DNA of 59,023 nt. Origin: Candidatus Zapsychrus exili (GTDB lineage: Bacteria > Omnitrophota > Gorgyraeia > Zapsychrales > Zapsychraceae). The stretch spans positions 1-59,023 of the forward strand of contig JAVCCJ010000070.1 in NCBI GenBank assembly GCA_030765585.1, given 5' to 3'. The notes below the pieces were generated by a model. The model did not search any database. It was not told the origin of the DNA and worked only from the letters and a program-made list of their open reading frames with translations. Below, in pieces: positions 49,087 through 58,000 of this stretch (its first letter is position 1; each line of letters opens with the position of its first letter). A program made the position numbers and the translations under genes.

Positions 49087-50706
49087 TTATTCATCTTGCG
49101 TAACGCGCAAAACTTCTTCTTTTCTAGTTACACCTTTTTCCACTTTATCCATTCCATCGTCTCTTAGTGATTTCATTCCAGAAGATACTGAAGCTTTGTA
49201 TATAGACTCCATCGAAGCGCGATCCATCATAAGCTGTTTTATTTCCTCATTAGGAACCATAAGTTCATATATCCCTATCCTACCCTTATATCCTGTTTCT
49301 AAACAACTCTTACAGCCTTCTCCTTTACATTCACAACAAATGGTTCTAATAAGACGTTGTGCAATAACACCTATAATAGAAGACGATAAAAGAAATGGCT
49401 CAACCCCTATATCAAGTAGTCGCGTTACAGCACCAGCTGAATTGTTTGTATGCAAAGTAGCAAAAACTAAATGACCTGTTAGAGCAGCTTGAATAGCAAT
49501 CTCAGCTGTTTCTAAATCTCTAATTTCACCAACCATAATCACATCCGGATCTTGCCTTAATATAGAACGCAGACCGTTTGCAAAAGTTAAATCAGCATGA
49601 TGATCTACTTGAATTTGCCTAATACCTGCAAGTCTATATTCAACAGGATCTTCAATTGTTACAATCCCTTTGTCTGAAGTATTTATAGTATTTAAGGATG
49701 CATATAAAGTTGTGGTCTTTCCAGACCCAGTAGGCCCTGTTACCAATATTATTCCATTTGGTTTATGGAGAAGGTCTCTATACGAATTCAAAATTTCTTC
49801 CCCAAAACCAATTTGATCTAAACCTAAAACTATGTTGCTGGTGTCCAATAGCCTTAGCACAACATTTTCTCCATTTACTGTAGGCACTGTTGAAACACGA
49901 ACATCAATTTGTCTGTTTTCCATTTTCATATGAAAACGTCCATCTTGGGGCTTACGCCTCTCTGATATATTCATATCAGCTAAAATTTTTAGACGAGATA
50001 TTATTGCCGCCTGAAAATGCTTAGGAGGAGATTCTCTTTTGTGTAATATACCGTCTATACGAAATCTTACCTTAAGACTATCCTCTTCCGGTTCAACATG
50101 AATATCAGACACTCCCTCTCTTATCGCCTGAGTTATCATTGTGTTAACTAGCTTGACCACCGGAGGCTCTTCTCCTATATCTTTAAGCTTAGCTAGATCA
50201 ATAACATCACCATCAGCAATTTCTAATTTTTCCTTATCTATAGAATTTATTATTTCAGCCATACTACCTTGGACAGTATAGTGATCATCCAATGCCTTTT
50301 TAATTTCTTGCTCAGTTGCTATTGCAGGCTCTATCATCAACCCTGTCTTCATTACAACTTCGTCTAAAGCGTAAATATTAAAAACATCTACCATGGCACA
50401 CGTCAAAGACTTGCCTATTTTTAATATTGGTATAAGCTGATGTTTTCTTGCAAGCTCTTCCGGAATGAGTTCAATGACTTTAGAGTCTATTAAATAATTT
50501 TCTAACTCTATGTGGGGAACATCCATCTGCTCAGAAATAAAATTTACTAAATCTTCCTCTGCTATAAAACCAAGTTTCAATATAATTTTACGTACAGGAT
50601 CGCCGGTCTTCTTTTCTTCTTCTTGAACTTCATTCCACTGAAGATTGCTTATAACTCCATTCTCCAACAGAAGTTCACCTAATGATTTCTTTGATTTCTT
50701 TGCCAT
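49087..50706 (-). CDS. GspE/PilB extension ATPase with an MshEN-like N-terminus
   Basis: SDIHVEP, GPTGSGKT, LRQDPD, GEIRD, TGH. Confidence 0.95.
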   Translation of the reverse strand: MAKKSKKSLGELLLENGVISNLQWNEVQEEEKKTGDPVRKIILKLGFIAEEDLVNFISEQMDVPHIELENYLIDSKVIELIPEELARKHQLIPILKIGKSLTCAMVDVFNIYALDEVVMKTGLMIEPAIATEQEIKKALDDHYTVQGSMAEIINSIDKEKLEIADGDVIDLAKLKDIGEEPPVVKLVNTMITQAIREGVSDIHVEPEEDSLKVRFRIDGILHKRESPPKHFQAAIISRLKILADMNISERRKPQDGRFHMKMENRQIDVRVSTVPTVNGENVVLRLLDTSNIVLGLDQIGFGEEILNSYRDLLHKPNGIILVTGPTGSGKTTTLYASLNTINTSDKGIVTIEDPVEYRLAGIRQIQVDHHADLTFANGLRSILRQDPDVIMVGEIRDLETAEIAIQAALTGHLVFATLHTNNSAGAVTRLLDIGVEPFLLSSSIIGVIAQRLIRTICCECKGEGCKSCLETGYKGRIGIYELMVPNEEIKQLMMDRASMESIYKASVSSGMKSLRDDGMDKVEKGVTRKEEVLRVTQDE

Positions 50707-50774
50707 GATAATTATTAATGTCTGGAAATTTTGAATAAAACTTTAGCAGGTCGGAATTGACAATTTACTCTAGA

Positions 50775-51143
50775 CTATTCTCCTATAAGATCTTTTAACG
50801 TTCCTAACAATTCTTCTGAATTAAATGGTTTATTTATGTAAGCATTAGCACCAACTTCTTCACTCATTTCTTGATCTTCTTGCTGAGCTTTAGCAGTAAA
50901 CATAACAATTGGAATGTTATGAAATCTTGTATCTGCTTTAAGCAATCCACATACTTTATAACCATCCATCTTAGGCATCATAACATCTAAAATTACAAGG
51001 TCAGGAAGCTCCTCTTTTGCCTTATCTAAACCTTCTTGACCATCACTTGCAGTAATAACTTCATACCCTGCTGCCTGAAGTCTAAGTTCTACCATTGAAA
51101 TAATCTCTGGCTCATCATCTACTATTAAAATTTTTTTAGCCAT
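50775..51143 (-). CDS. Single-domain response regulator
   Basis: ILIVDDE, LDVMMP, FTA, KPF. Confidence 0.93.
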   Translation of the reverse strand: MAKKILIVDDEPEIISMVELRLQAAGYEVITASDGQEGLDKAKEELPDLVILDVMMPKMDGYKVCGLLKADTRFHNIPIVMFTAKAQQEDQEMSEEVGANAYINKPFNSEELLGTLKDLIGE

Positions 51144-51199
51144 TTTACATCTCCTTCATTTCTTTAATATTGTCAAAAATATTTAATTAGTACTTATTT

Positions 51200-51250
51200 T
51201 GTGCAACCAAAACATAGGTTACACTTTAAACCGGATACATAGGTTACACA
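51200..51250. mobile_element. Orphan IS end, IS481-like
   Basis: TGT-N9 then ACATAGGTTACAC twice (51212, 51237); no transposase adjacent. Confidence 0.5.
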
Positions 51251-51257
51251 TTTTTGG

Positions 51258-51283
51258 AGATTCCTGCCTTCGCAGGAATGACA
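51258..51283. repeat. Half palindromic element AGATTCCTGCCTTCGCAGGAATGACA
   Basis: Reverse complement of the 38897-38922 hairpin. Confidence 0.8.
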
Positions 51284-51352
51284 AACCCGACGCTGTCATT
51301 TCTGGTGCAGAAAAAATCCACGAGCTACAAATCACAATCCACGAATCATGAA

Positions 51353-53044
51353 TCACTTATTTTCCATTGATATTAATTTTTTCTCTATTATTTTTTGTCT
51401 TTCTTTTTGCTTCTGTTCTGCTGCTTTAAGATATTTCTCGGCCTTGTCAGCATAGCTGCTATATGGAAATTCTATAATCAATTTCTTAAACGACTCTATA
51501 GACTTTCTATAATTTCTTAACCCGGAATACAATATCCCTATTTTATAAAGAGCGACATCTATATTGTTAGATTCAGGAAATTGATTTACTATCATCTTAT
51601 AAGTATTTAATATCGCAGAGTTTCTATCCTGTTGTGTCTTGTCCTTAGATTCGACAGTATCTTCTATTTCAAGATTACTAGCATGTTCCCATAACTTTGA
51701 TACAAGATTTGAGTTTCCAACAGCCTCTATATTTAGAAATATTTCTTCTTCTGCTGCACCCTTGCCTATCTTTTCCATTTCTTCTTTAGTCCTTATAATG
51801 TGCGGTGTAATAAATACTGTTAGCTCTGTTTCCTCTAAATCTGTACTCTTCTTTGAAAATAACTTTCCTATTACAGGTATAGACCTTAAACCAGGAATAC
51901 CACCTACAATGCGATCGTCTTTTTTATTTATAAGGCCACCTATAATAATGGTTTCCTTATCTCTTACTCGAATAGTTGCATCAGCCTCTCTTGTTGTAAT
52001 TCTTGGTCCAGCATCTAAAGCTGCAGAAATTGATGACACCTCTGGATGAACATTCATAGTAATCCATCCGTCTGGAGACACTAAAGGAGTCACTCTTAAT
52101 GTAGTACCGACATCAACAAACTTTGTTGTCTCTGTTGCAGTACCGCTTGAATCTCTCGTGGTTTCCAAATAAGGAAATCTCTCGCCTATAATAATACGAG
52201 ATTCTTTTCCATTTATTGTTGCAATAGAAGGACTGGCTAATATATGCGCTTTATGTTCTTGAACAAGCGCATCAATTGTAACACTAGCTGTTAAACTTTT
52301 TAACACTGTAGCTATTGTCAAGTCTCCTCCTGACAAAGTCGTAGAAGGCCCTTCTAGGGAAGTATCAAAATTGGCTGACTCATCAAAAGAAGTAGAGCGT
52401 CCAAATATTCCTCCTCCAGCATTTGCACCATTAGGATCATATGTTAAGCTCATTTTTGTTCCAAGATTCTCAAACGCCTTTGATTGAATATCTACAATTT
52501 TTGCTTCTATTAATACTTGAATAGGCTGTATATCAACTTCACTTAAAACCCGTCTTACTTTTCTTAAACGAGACGGATAATCTGTTACAACCAAACTATT
52601 CGTAGCTTCGTTTACCTGTATATCTCCTTGAATAGAAATTGTCTTAAAAAGTAACTGTTTTGCTTTCTCAGCAGTTAAATAACTCAAACGAATTGATGTT
52701 GTTTCTTGACCCATACCCTCTGTTCCTGGTCCAGGAATAATATAAATCAAATTTCCTTGTCTTGTATATGCATATCCATTAACTCTAAGTATTGCGTTTA
52801 AAGCTTCATCTATAGTTACGTTCTTTAAAGTAGCTGAAACAGTTCCGCTAATATCTTTTGTCATAACAATATTTAAATCATTAGAATATGCAATAGCCTT
52901 AAGAGCCATAGTAAGTTCTACATCTTTATAATCTACCGATATAAGCCCCTCTTCTGCGCAGACAGAACTAGCCAAAAAAACAGCTAAAACTGCTATCGCA
53001 ATGACAAAAAATCTCAAATTTTTAATTAACTTTTTCATTATCAT
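51353..53044 (-). CDS. Secretin (GspD/PilQ) with a C-terminal TPR domain
   Basis: QVLIEAKIV, IIIGERFP, DVG..L.VTP, IIGGL..IP.L.SIP.IG.LF...VFITPHI, then TPR-like helices. Confidence 0.9.
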   Translation of the reverse strand: MIMKKLIKNLRFFVIAIAVLAVFLASSVCAEEGLISVDYKDVELTMALKAIAYSNDLNIVMTKDISGTVSATLKNVTIDEALNAILRVNGYAYTRQGNLIYIIPGPGTEGMGQETTSIRLSYLTAEKAKQLLFKTISIQGDIQVNEATNSLVVTDYPSRLRKVRRVLSEVDIQPIQVLIEAKIVDIQSKAFENLGTKMSLTYDPNGANAGGGIFGRSTSFDESANFDTSLEGPSTTLSGGDLTIATVLKSLTASVTIDALVQEHKAHILASPSIATINGKESRIIIGERFPYLETTRDSSGTATETTKFVDVGTTLRVTPLVSPDGWITMNVHPEVSSISAALDAGPRITTREADATIRVRDKETIIIGGLINKKDDRIVGGIPGLRSIPVIGKLFSKKSTDLEETELTVFITPHIIRTKEEMEKIGKGAAEEEIFLNIEAVGNSNLVSKLWEHASNLEIEDTVESKDKTQQDRNSAILNTYKMIVNQFPESNNIDVALYKIGILYSGLRNYRKSIESFKKLIIEFPYSSYADKAEKYLKAAEQKQKERQKIIEKKLISMENK

Positions 53045-53286
53045 ATTATGCTGTTAAACTCTTCTGATTGAGCAAACTCTCTCTGTATTAATCTTAATGT
53101 ATAGCCAACATTCATCATGTCTCTTATCTTTTCAATACGTTTAGACACGTCTTCCACATCATATAAGCGCTTATTCTTTTTCTTCTGATGCACATTAATA
53201 AGGCCTATATTCGTGTAATAATTGACAGTGGCTTTTGAAACATTAAACTTCACAGCCACTTCTTCTATGTTAATTAATTCTCTCAT
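53041..53286 (-). CDS. Short MerR-family HTH protein
   Basis: EVAVKFNVSKATVNYYTNIGLI...RLYD...GYTLRLI. Confidence 0.85.
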   Translation of the reverse strand: MRELINIEEVAVKFNVSKATVNYYTNIGLINVHQKKKNKRLYDVEDVSKRIEKIRDMMNVGYTLRLIQREFAQSEEFNSII

Positions 53287-53499
53287 AAAACGATTTTACT
53301 CTTTTTTACCTTAGAAGTTGTTAATACTTATTATCAAGCACTAAGTTCTAATACCTTTTGATATTATATGATGATATTACTTAATATATGGTAATAAATG
53401 TTAACAGTCAAGGAATTCTACACATTTCTTTAACAATTAATAATATTCTTATATATAAATAATATACACTTCTATAGGAAAGTATCCACTACGGTCGGA

Positions 53500-53886
53500 C
53501 TAGTCTTCGTTAAGCAATTCTCTTATCTTCTTTAATAGCTCTTCGGGTGAGAAAGGTTTCGCTATAGCAGGATAATAAACGTCATGAACATTTATAGGAC
53601 AATCGCTCGCCTGATCTTCTCTTGTTATAGCAGATGTAAGAAAGAGTACTGGTATGTTTTCTGTTGATGGATTCTCTTTAAGTCTACGAGCGGCTTCAAC
53701 TCCATCCATATTAGGCATCATTATGTCCATTACTATTAAGTCTGGTGAACATTCTTCAACTTTAATAAGACATTCTGAACCATCTTGTGCAACTATTACA
53801 TCATAATTGTTAGCTATTAATCTTGCTCTTATAAGTTTAAGTAAGTCTTCTTCGTCGTCTACAATTAATATTTTTCTTCCAGTCAT
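53500..53886 (-). CDS. Single-domain response regulator
   Basis: ILIVDDE, MDIMMP, FLTS, KPF. Confidence 0.92.
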   Translation of the reverse strand: MTGRKILIVDDEEDLLKLIRARLIANNYDVIVAQDGSECLIKVEECSPDLIVMDIMMPNMDGVEAARRLKENPSTENIPVLFLTSAITREDQASDCPINVHDVYYPAIAKPFSPEELLKKIRELLNED

Positions 53887-53929
53887 TTTAAAATTATTTT
53901 TCTTTATAAATTGTCCATTTACATTGTTT

Positions 53930-54316
53930 TTATTTAAGAAGGTCAGCTATTTTTCCTAACAATTCCTCTGTATCAAAAGGTTTTGTCATATATGCAGCAA
54001 CACCTTCGACTTGAAATATTTCTTCCATGTCTTGCTTAGCTGTTAACATAATAATTGGGATAGGATTTATGTTATCTATTGTTTTTAGCTCCTGCAAAAA
54101 TGTATACCCATCCATACCAGGCATCATAATATCTAAAACAATTAAATCAGGTTTTTCTTCCTGCCATACCTTTAAACCTTCGGCTCCGTTCTCAGCAGTT
54201 ACTGTTTCATATCCATTAGCTCTAAAACGAGTAGCAAGTACATCTAAAAGATCTCTCTCATCGTCAACTATTAATATTTTCTTACCCCGCACCTTTTTAT
54301 TAGTTTCTAATTCCAT
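53930..54316 (-). CDS. Single-domain response regulator whose start was replaced by the inserted element
   Basis: KKILIVDDE, LDIMMP, KPF; the MELETNKKVRG N-terminus comes from the element; AGGAG at 54325-54329. Confidence 0.9.
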   Translation of the reverse strand: MELETNKKVRGKKILIVDDERDLLDVLATRFRANGYETVTAENGAEGLKVWQEEKPDLIVLDIMMPGMDGYTFLQELKTIDNINPIPIIMLTAKQDMEEIFQVEGVAAYMTKPFDTEELLGKIADLLK

Positions 54317-54579
54317 TTTTTAATCTCCTTTTTAGTTCGCTCATTCCTTTACCATGATGTTTTAAAGCTTTCTCACGATTACGAGCATCTTTTTCTGAAT
54401 TAAATGCTTCACAATATATTAAACCCCATGAAGCATATGCTTTTGAAGATATGCACTTCTTATCGTTATGCTCTTTTAATCTTCTCTTTAGATCATTAGT
54501 CGAACCCAAATAGAACTTGTCTATTTTTTCCTTACTTTGCAATAGATACACATAATACATTGCAAAAAAGGTGCGGGGT
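54284..54579 (-). mobile_element. TIR-bounded 296-bp element carrying only a GIY-YIG nuclease gene
   Basis: 15-bp perfect IR ACCCCGCACCTTTTT (54284-54298)/AAAAAGGTGCGGGGT (54565-54579); TT(A) duplicated on both sides; removal restores ATG ACT AAG AAA ATA. Confidence 0.8.
54300..54560 (-). CDS. GIY-YIG nuclease (UPF0213-like)
   Basis: YYVYLLQS...FYLGST.DL.RRL.EHN...A..REK.LK; also in frame with the host ATG at 54587. Confidence 0.9.
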   Translation of the reverse strand: MYYVYLLQSKEKIDKFYLGSTNDLKRRLKEHNDKKCISSKAYASWGLIYCEAFNSEKDARNREKALKHHGKGMSELKRRLKNGIRN

Positions 54580-54620
54580 TTAGTCATGTTATCCCCTTTT
54601 TTAATTTTTATATTATAGAC

Positions 54621-55028
54621 TTAAGATTCTAAATCTTTTCTAAACTGCTTTTCCCCTTCTTCTAACAATATACACTTTAAAACATCGCGACGACTAACAA
54701 CTCCAACAAGACGCTTGCCATCTACTACAGGAACTCTCTTTATGTTCCTTTGAACAAACAATCTACTTATTTCCTCAATTGGCGTATCTTCGTTCGCACT
54801 TATTATATCTCTACAAACAAAATCAGAAATAGCTACTTTTGTAGTTCCTAAAAAGTCATAAGCTACGATTAAATCTTTTTCTGTTACAACGCCCAGTACA
54901 TCATTATTGTCATCTAAGACAATCAATCCACTTATTTGAATTTCAATAAGCATATTTATTGCATCTTTTATAGTAGTGTCAGATTTAACTGTTATAACGC
55001 TTGTTGTCATTATATCTTTAGCGAACAT
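54621..55028 (-). CDS. CBS-domain pair protein
   Basis: AKDIMT..VITV, GVVTEKD, RVPVVD...VGVVSRRD. Confidence 0.92.
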   Translation of the reverse strand: MFAKDIMTTSVITVKSDTTIKDAINMLIEIQISGLIVLDDNNDVLGVVTEKDLIVAYDFLGTTKVAISDFVCRDIISANEDTPIEEISRLFVQRNIKRVPVVDGKRLVGVVSRRDVLKCILLEEGEKQFRKDLES

Positions 55029-55048
55029 CTTAATTCCCCCTATAAATA

Positions 55049-58000
55049 TTATATCATTTCTATTATTAAATTGACTAAGCTCTCAAAGCCACCTGTTTTC
55101 TGCAAAACAGGAGTATCACCTAGCTTGCTATATTCACTTCTAACATCGCTAATATTTTTTGCAGTTAATATTATAACTGGAATAAAAGCCGTGCTAGGAT
55201 TTTCCTTCAATCTACCCAAAACTTCATATCCGTTCATATTCGGCATAACAATATCTAAAACTATAATATCGGGTGGATCTTTTTCAATAACTCTTAAAGC
55301 TTCTTCTCCGTCGAACGCCACAGACATTTCTATATTTCTCGACTTAAGTCTTGGCTTTAATATTCTCCCAATCTGAGGATGATCATCTACGACTAACAAT
55401 CTCTTTTGTCTAGTTTTCTCTTTGAAAGCAAATTCTATTAAATCGTCCTTATTATTACCATTATCTGGATAAACCGCTAATCCATAATTAATCTCTAGCT
55501 CAGACTTATCTTTTAGGCCAAAAGACTCTCTAGAAAAAGCATTCTTAATATTAGCAAGAACGTTGACTCCTCCACGTCTATCTGTTTCTGGAAGCGCTAT
55601 ATATATTGTCTCAGTGCTATATAGTATTATCTTGTCCAAAGGACGAGACACAACCCTAGATAATGTCTCTAGCACCTTATTAGTTACGTCTATTGATTTT
55701 TCTGTGCCATGTTTACTCTTTATACCTCCAATTGTAGACAGCTGAAGAACAGCAAGACTTGTTTTTATATTTTGACCCCTAGTATTATAAATAATTTCTT
55801 CAATATACCTATCAAATGACGCTTTTGATGTTTGATAGCTAGGCAAAGCTATAAAAAATGTTGTGCCTTCTCCAACATTACTTTCTGCCCAAATTCTACC
55901 TTCATGAACCTCAATAAGAGCTTTACAAATAGCAAGCCCAAGACCAGTTCCTTTTATGCCAGGTCCAGAAGTCCTGTCAAATTGAGTAAATTTCGTAAAA
56001 AGTTTTGGCATATCTTCTTCTGATATTCCGACTCCATTATCTTTAACACCACATATAACTTCTTCCCCCTCAACTTTCACAAATAATTCTATTTCGCCTT
56101 CGTCAGCAGTAAATTTATGAGCATTATTTAAGAAATTTGTAATAACTTGTATCATTTTATCTGAATCAACAAAGGCAATGATTTCATCAAACTCAAATTT
56201 CACATTAAGTATCTGTTTTTTAGTATCTAATACTTTTTTATATGCCTCAGCTAATTGAGATAACACATCTTTTAAATTAACTAATCCGCGCTTAAGCGTT
56301 ATCTTTCCAGATTCAATCTTAGAAATATCAAGTAAATCATTTATAATAGTATTTAAACGTACTAAATTATTTTTAGAAGTTTTAAGTAGGTCTTTTTGCT
56401 TATCTGTAATATCTCCTACTATACCATCTAATATAAGATTAATTCCTTCTGTCGAAATCGCAAGAGGTGTTCTAAGCTCATGAGATACAGTAGACACAAA
56501 GTCTGACTTAAGCTGATCGAGTTTCTGAAGCTCTGAATTTTTTGCTTCAAGGTCTTTATATAAAGACTTTATAGCTTGATTAGTTTTTTGAAGCCCCCAA
56601 GCTTGATTTTCTAATTCTTCTTTTGTTTTTTGAAGCTCCTCTTCATATTGTTTTCTTTCAGTAATATCTTCTGCTACCTTTAAATAATGAGTGATATCTC
56701 CATGTACATCACGAATAGCAGAAAGTGCCGCTATCTCCCAATAAAGATCTCCATTCTTCTTTTTATTATGAAACTCAATAGTAACTGATTCCCCTTTTGA
56801 TATTTTATCCCACATATCTTTATATACTTCTGTAGGCTGTTCTCCAGATTTTAAAACACGTGGATTTTGACCCCTAACTTCATCTAAAGTATAACCATTT
56901 AGTTCTGTAAATTTTGGATTAACATACTCCAAATTTCCATCTAAATCTGTAATTGCAACGACACTTGGGCTTTGCTCAATTGCGCTTGATAACTTACGCA
57001 TCTGGTCTTCGGCAATTTTTCTCTCAGTTACATCTTCAAAGCTTTCTATACCTCCTATAATATTTCCCTCTTGATCTTTCAAATAATCTACATTCTTAGA
57101 AATAGATCTAAACTGTCCATCTTTTGTCTTAATACGACATTCTCCCCCTGTAATAGGCTTATCTATTTCCTTGCTAAACAAGCTACATTTATCTCCACAT
57201 GGATGATCTGCGAATATAATGCAATTCTTACCAATAATATCCTCATATGAATACCCTGTAATCTCTTCAGCTTTTTTATTCCATGAAGTAACTTTTTTAT
57301 CTTTATCGACTGTAAAGATAGCACTCGGAATAACTTTGAAAATAAGCTCAGCATAATCTTTTGCCTCTTGAATTAATCCTGTTGATTTATCTTTTAGTCT
57401 AAATGCTAACGAAAATCCTAAAATTAAAATAACTAAAAAGAAAGTTACTGCAATGCCTACCAATCTATATATAAAAACTCTGTCCATACCGGTCAAAAGG
57501 ACCACAGACCATCCCTTTAAACCAATATGTTCTCTTGATACAAAAAACTTACTGCCCTGAAACTTAATAATATATTTACCTTTAAATCTATCATCAAATA
57601 TTGACTCAAAAGGCTTTATGCCAAACTGCTTTGTTTCTATTATTTCTTCCTGCTTTTTCTTGTCTAATTTCCACAAACTCTTATAAAGAAACTCAGGATT
57701 ACTTGCTATAAAAACTATTCCATTCTTATCAACAAAAAAGAATTTTGTATGCTTTGTTAAATTCTCTCCCACCTCTTCAATATTCCTCTTAATAACTGCC
57801 ACTCCAATAGTGTTACCCTGATGATCCTTAACTGCCGTACCTGAATAAAAACCTCTTTTTTGGGATGTTATTCCCAAAGCAAAATAATTACCTGATCCAC
57901 TTTCTATAGATTCCTTAAAATAAGATCTAAATTTATAATTCTTACCTAAAAAACTTGCCTTATCATCTCTGTTGGAAGACACTATAACTTCTCCATCTAA

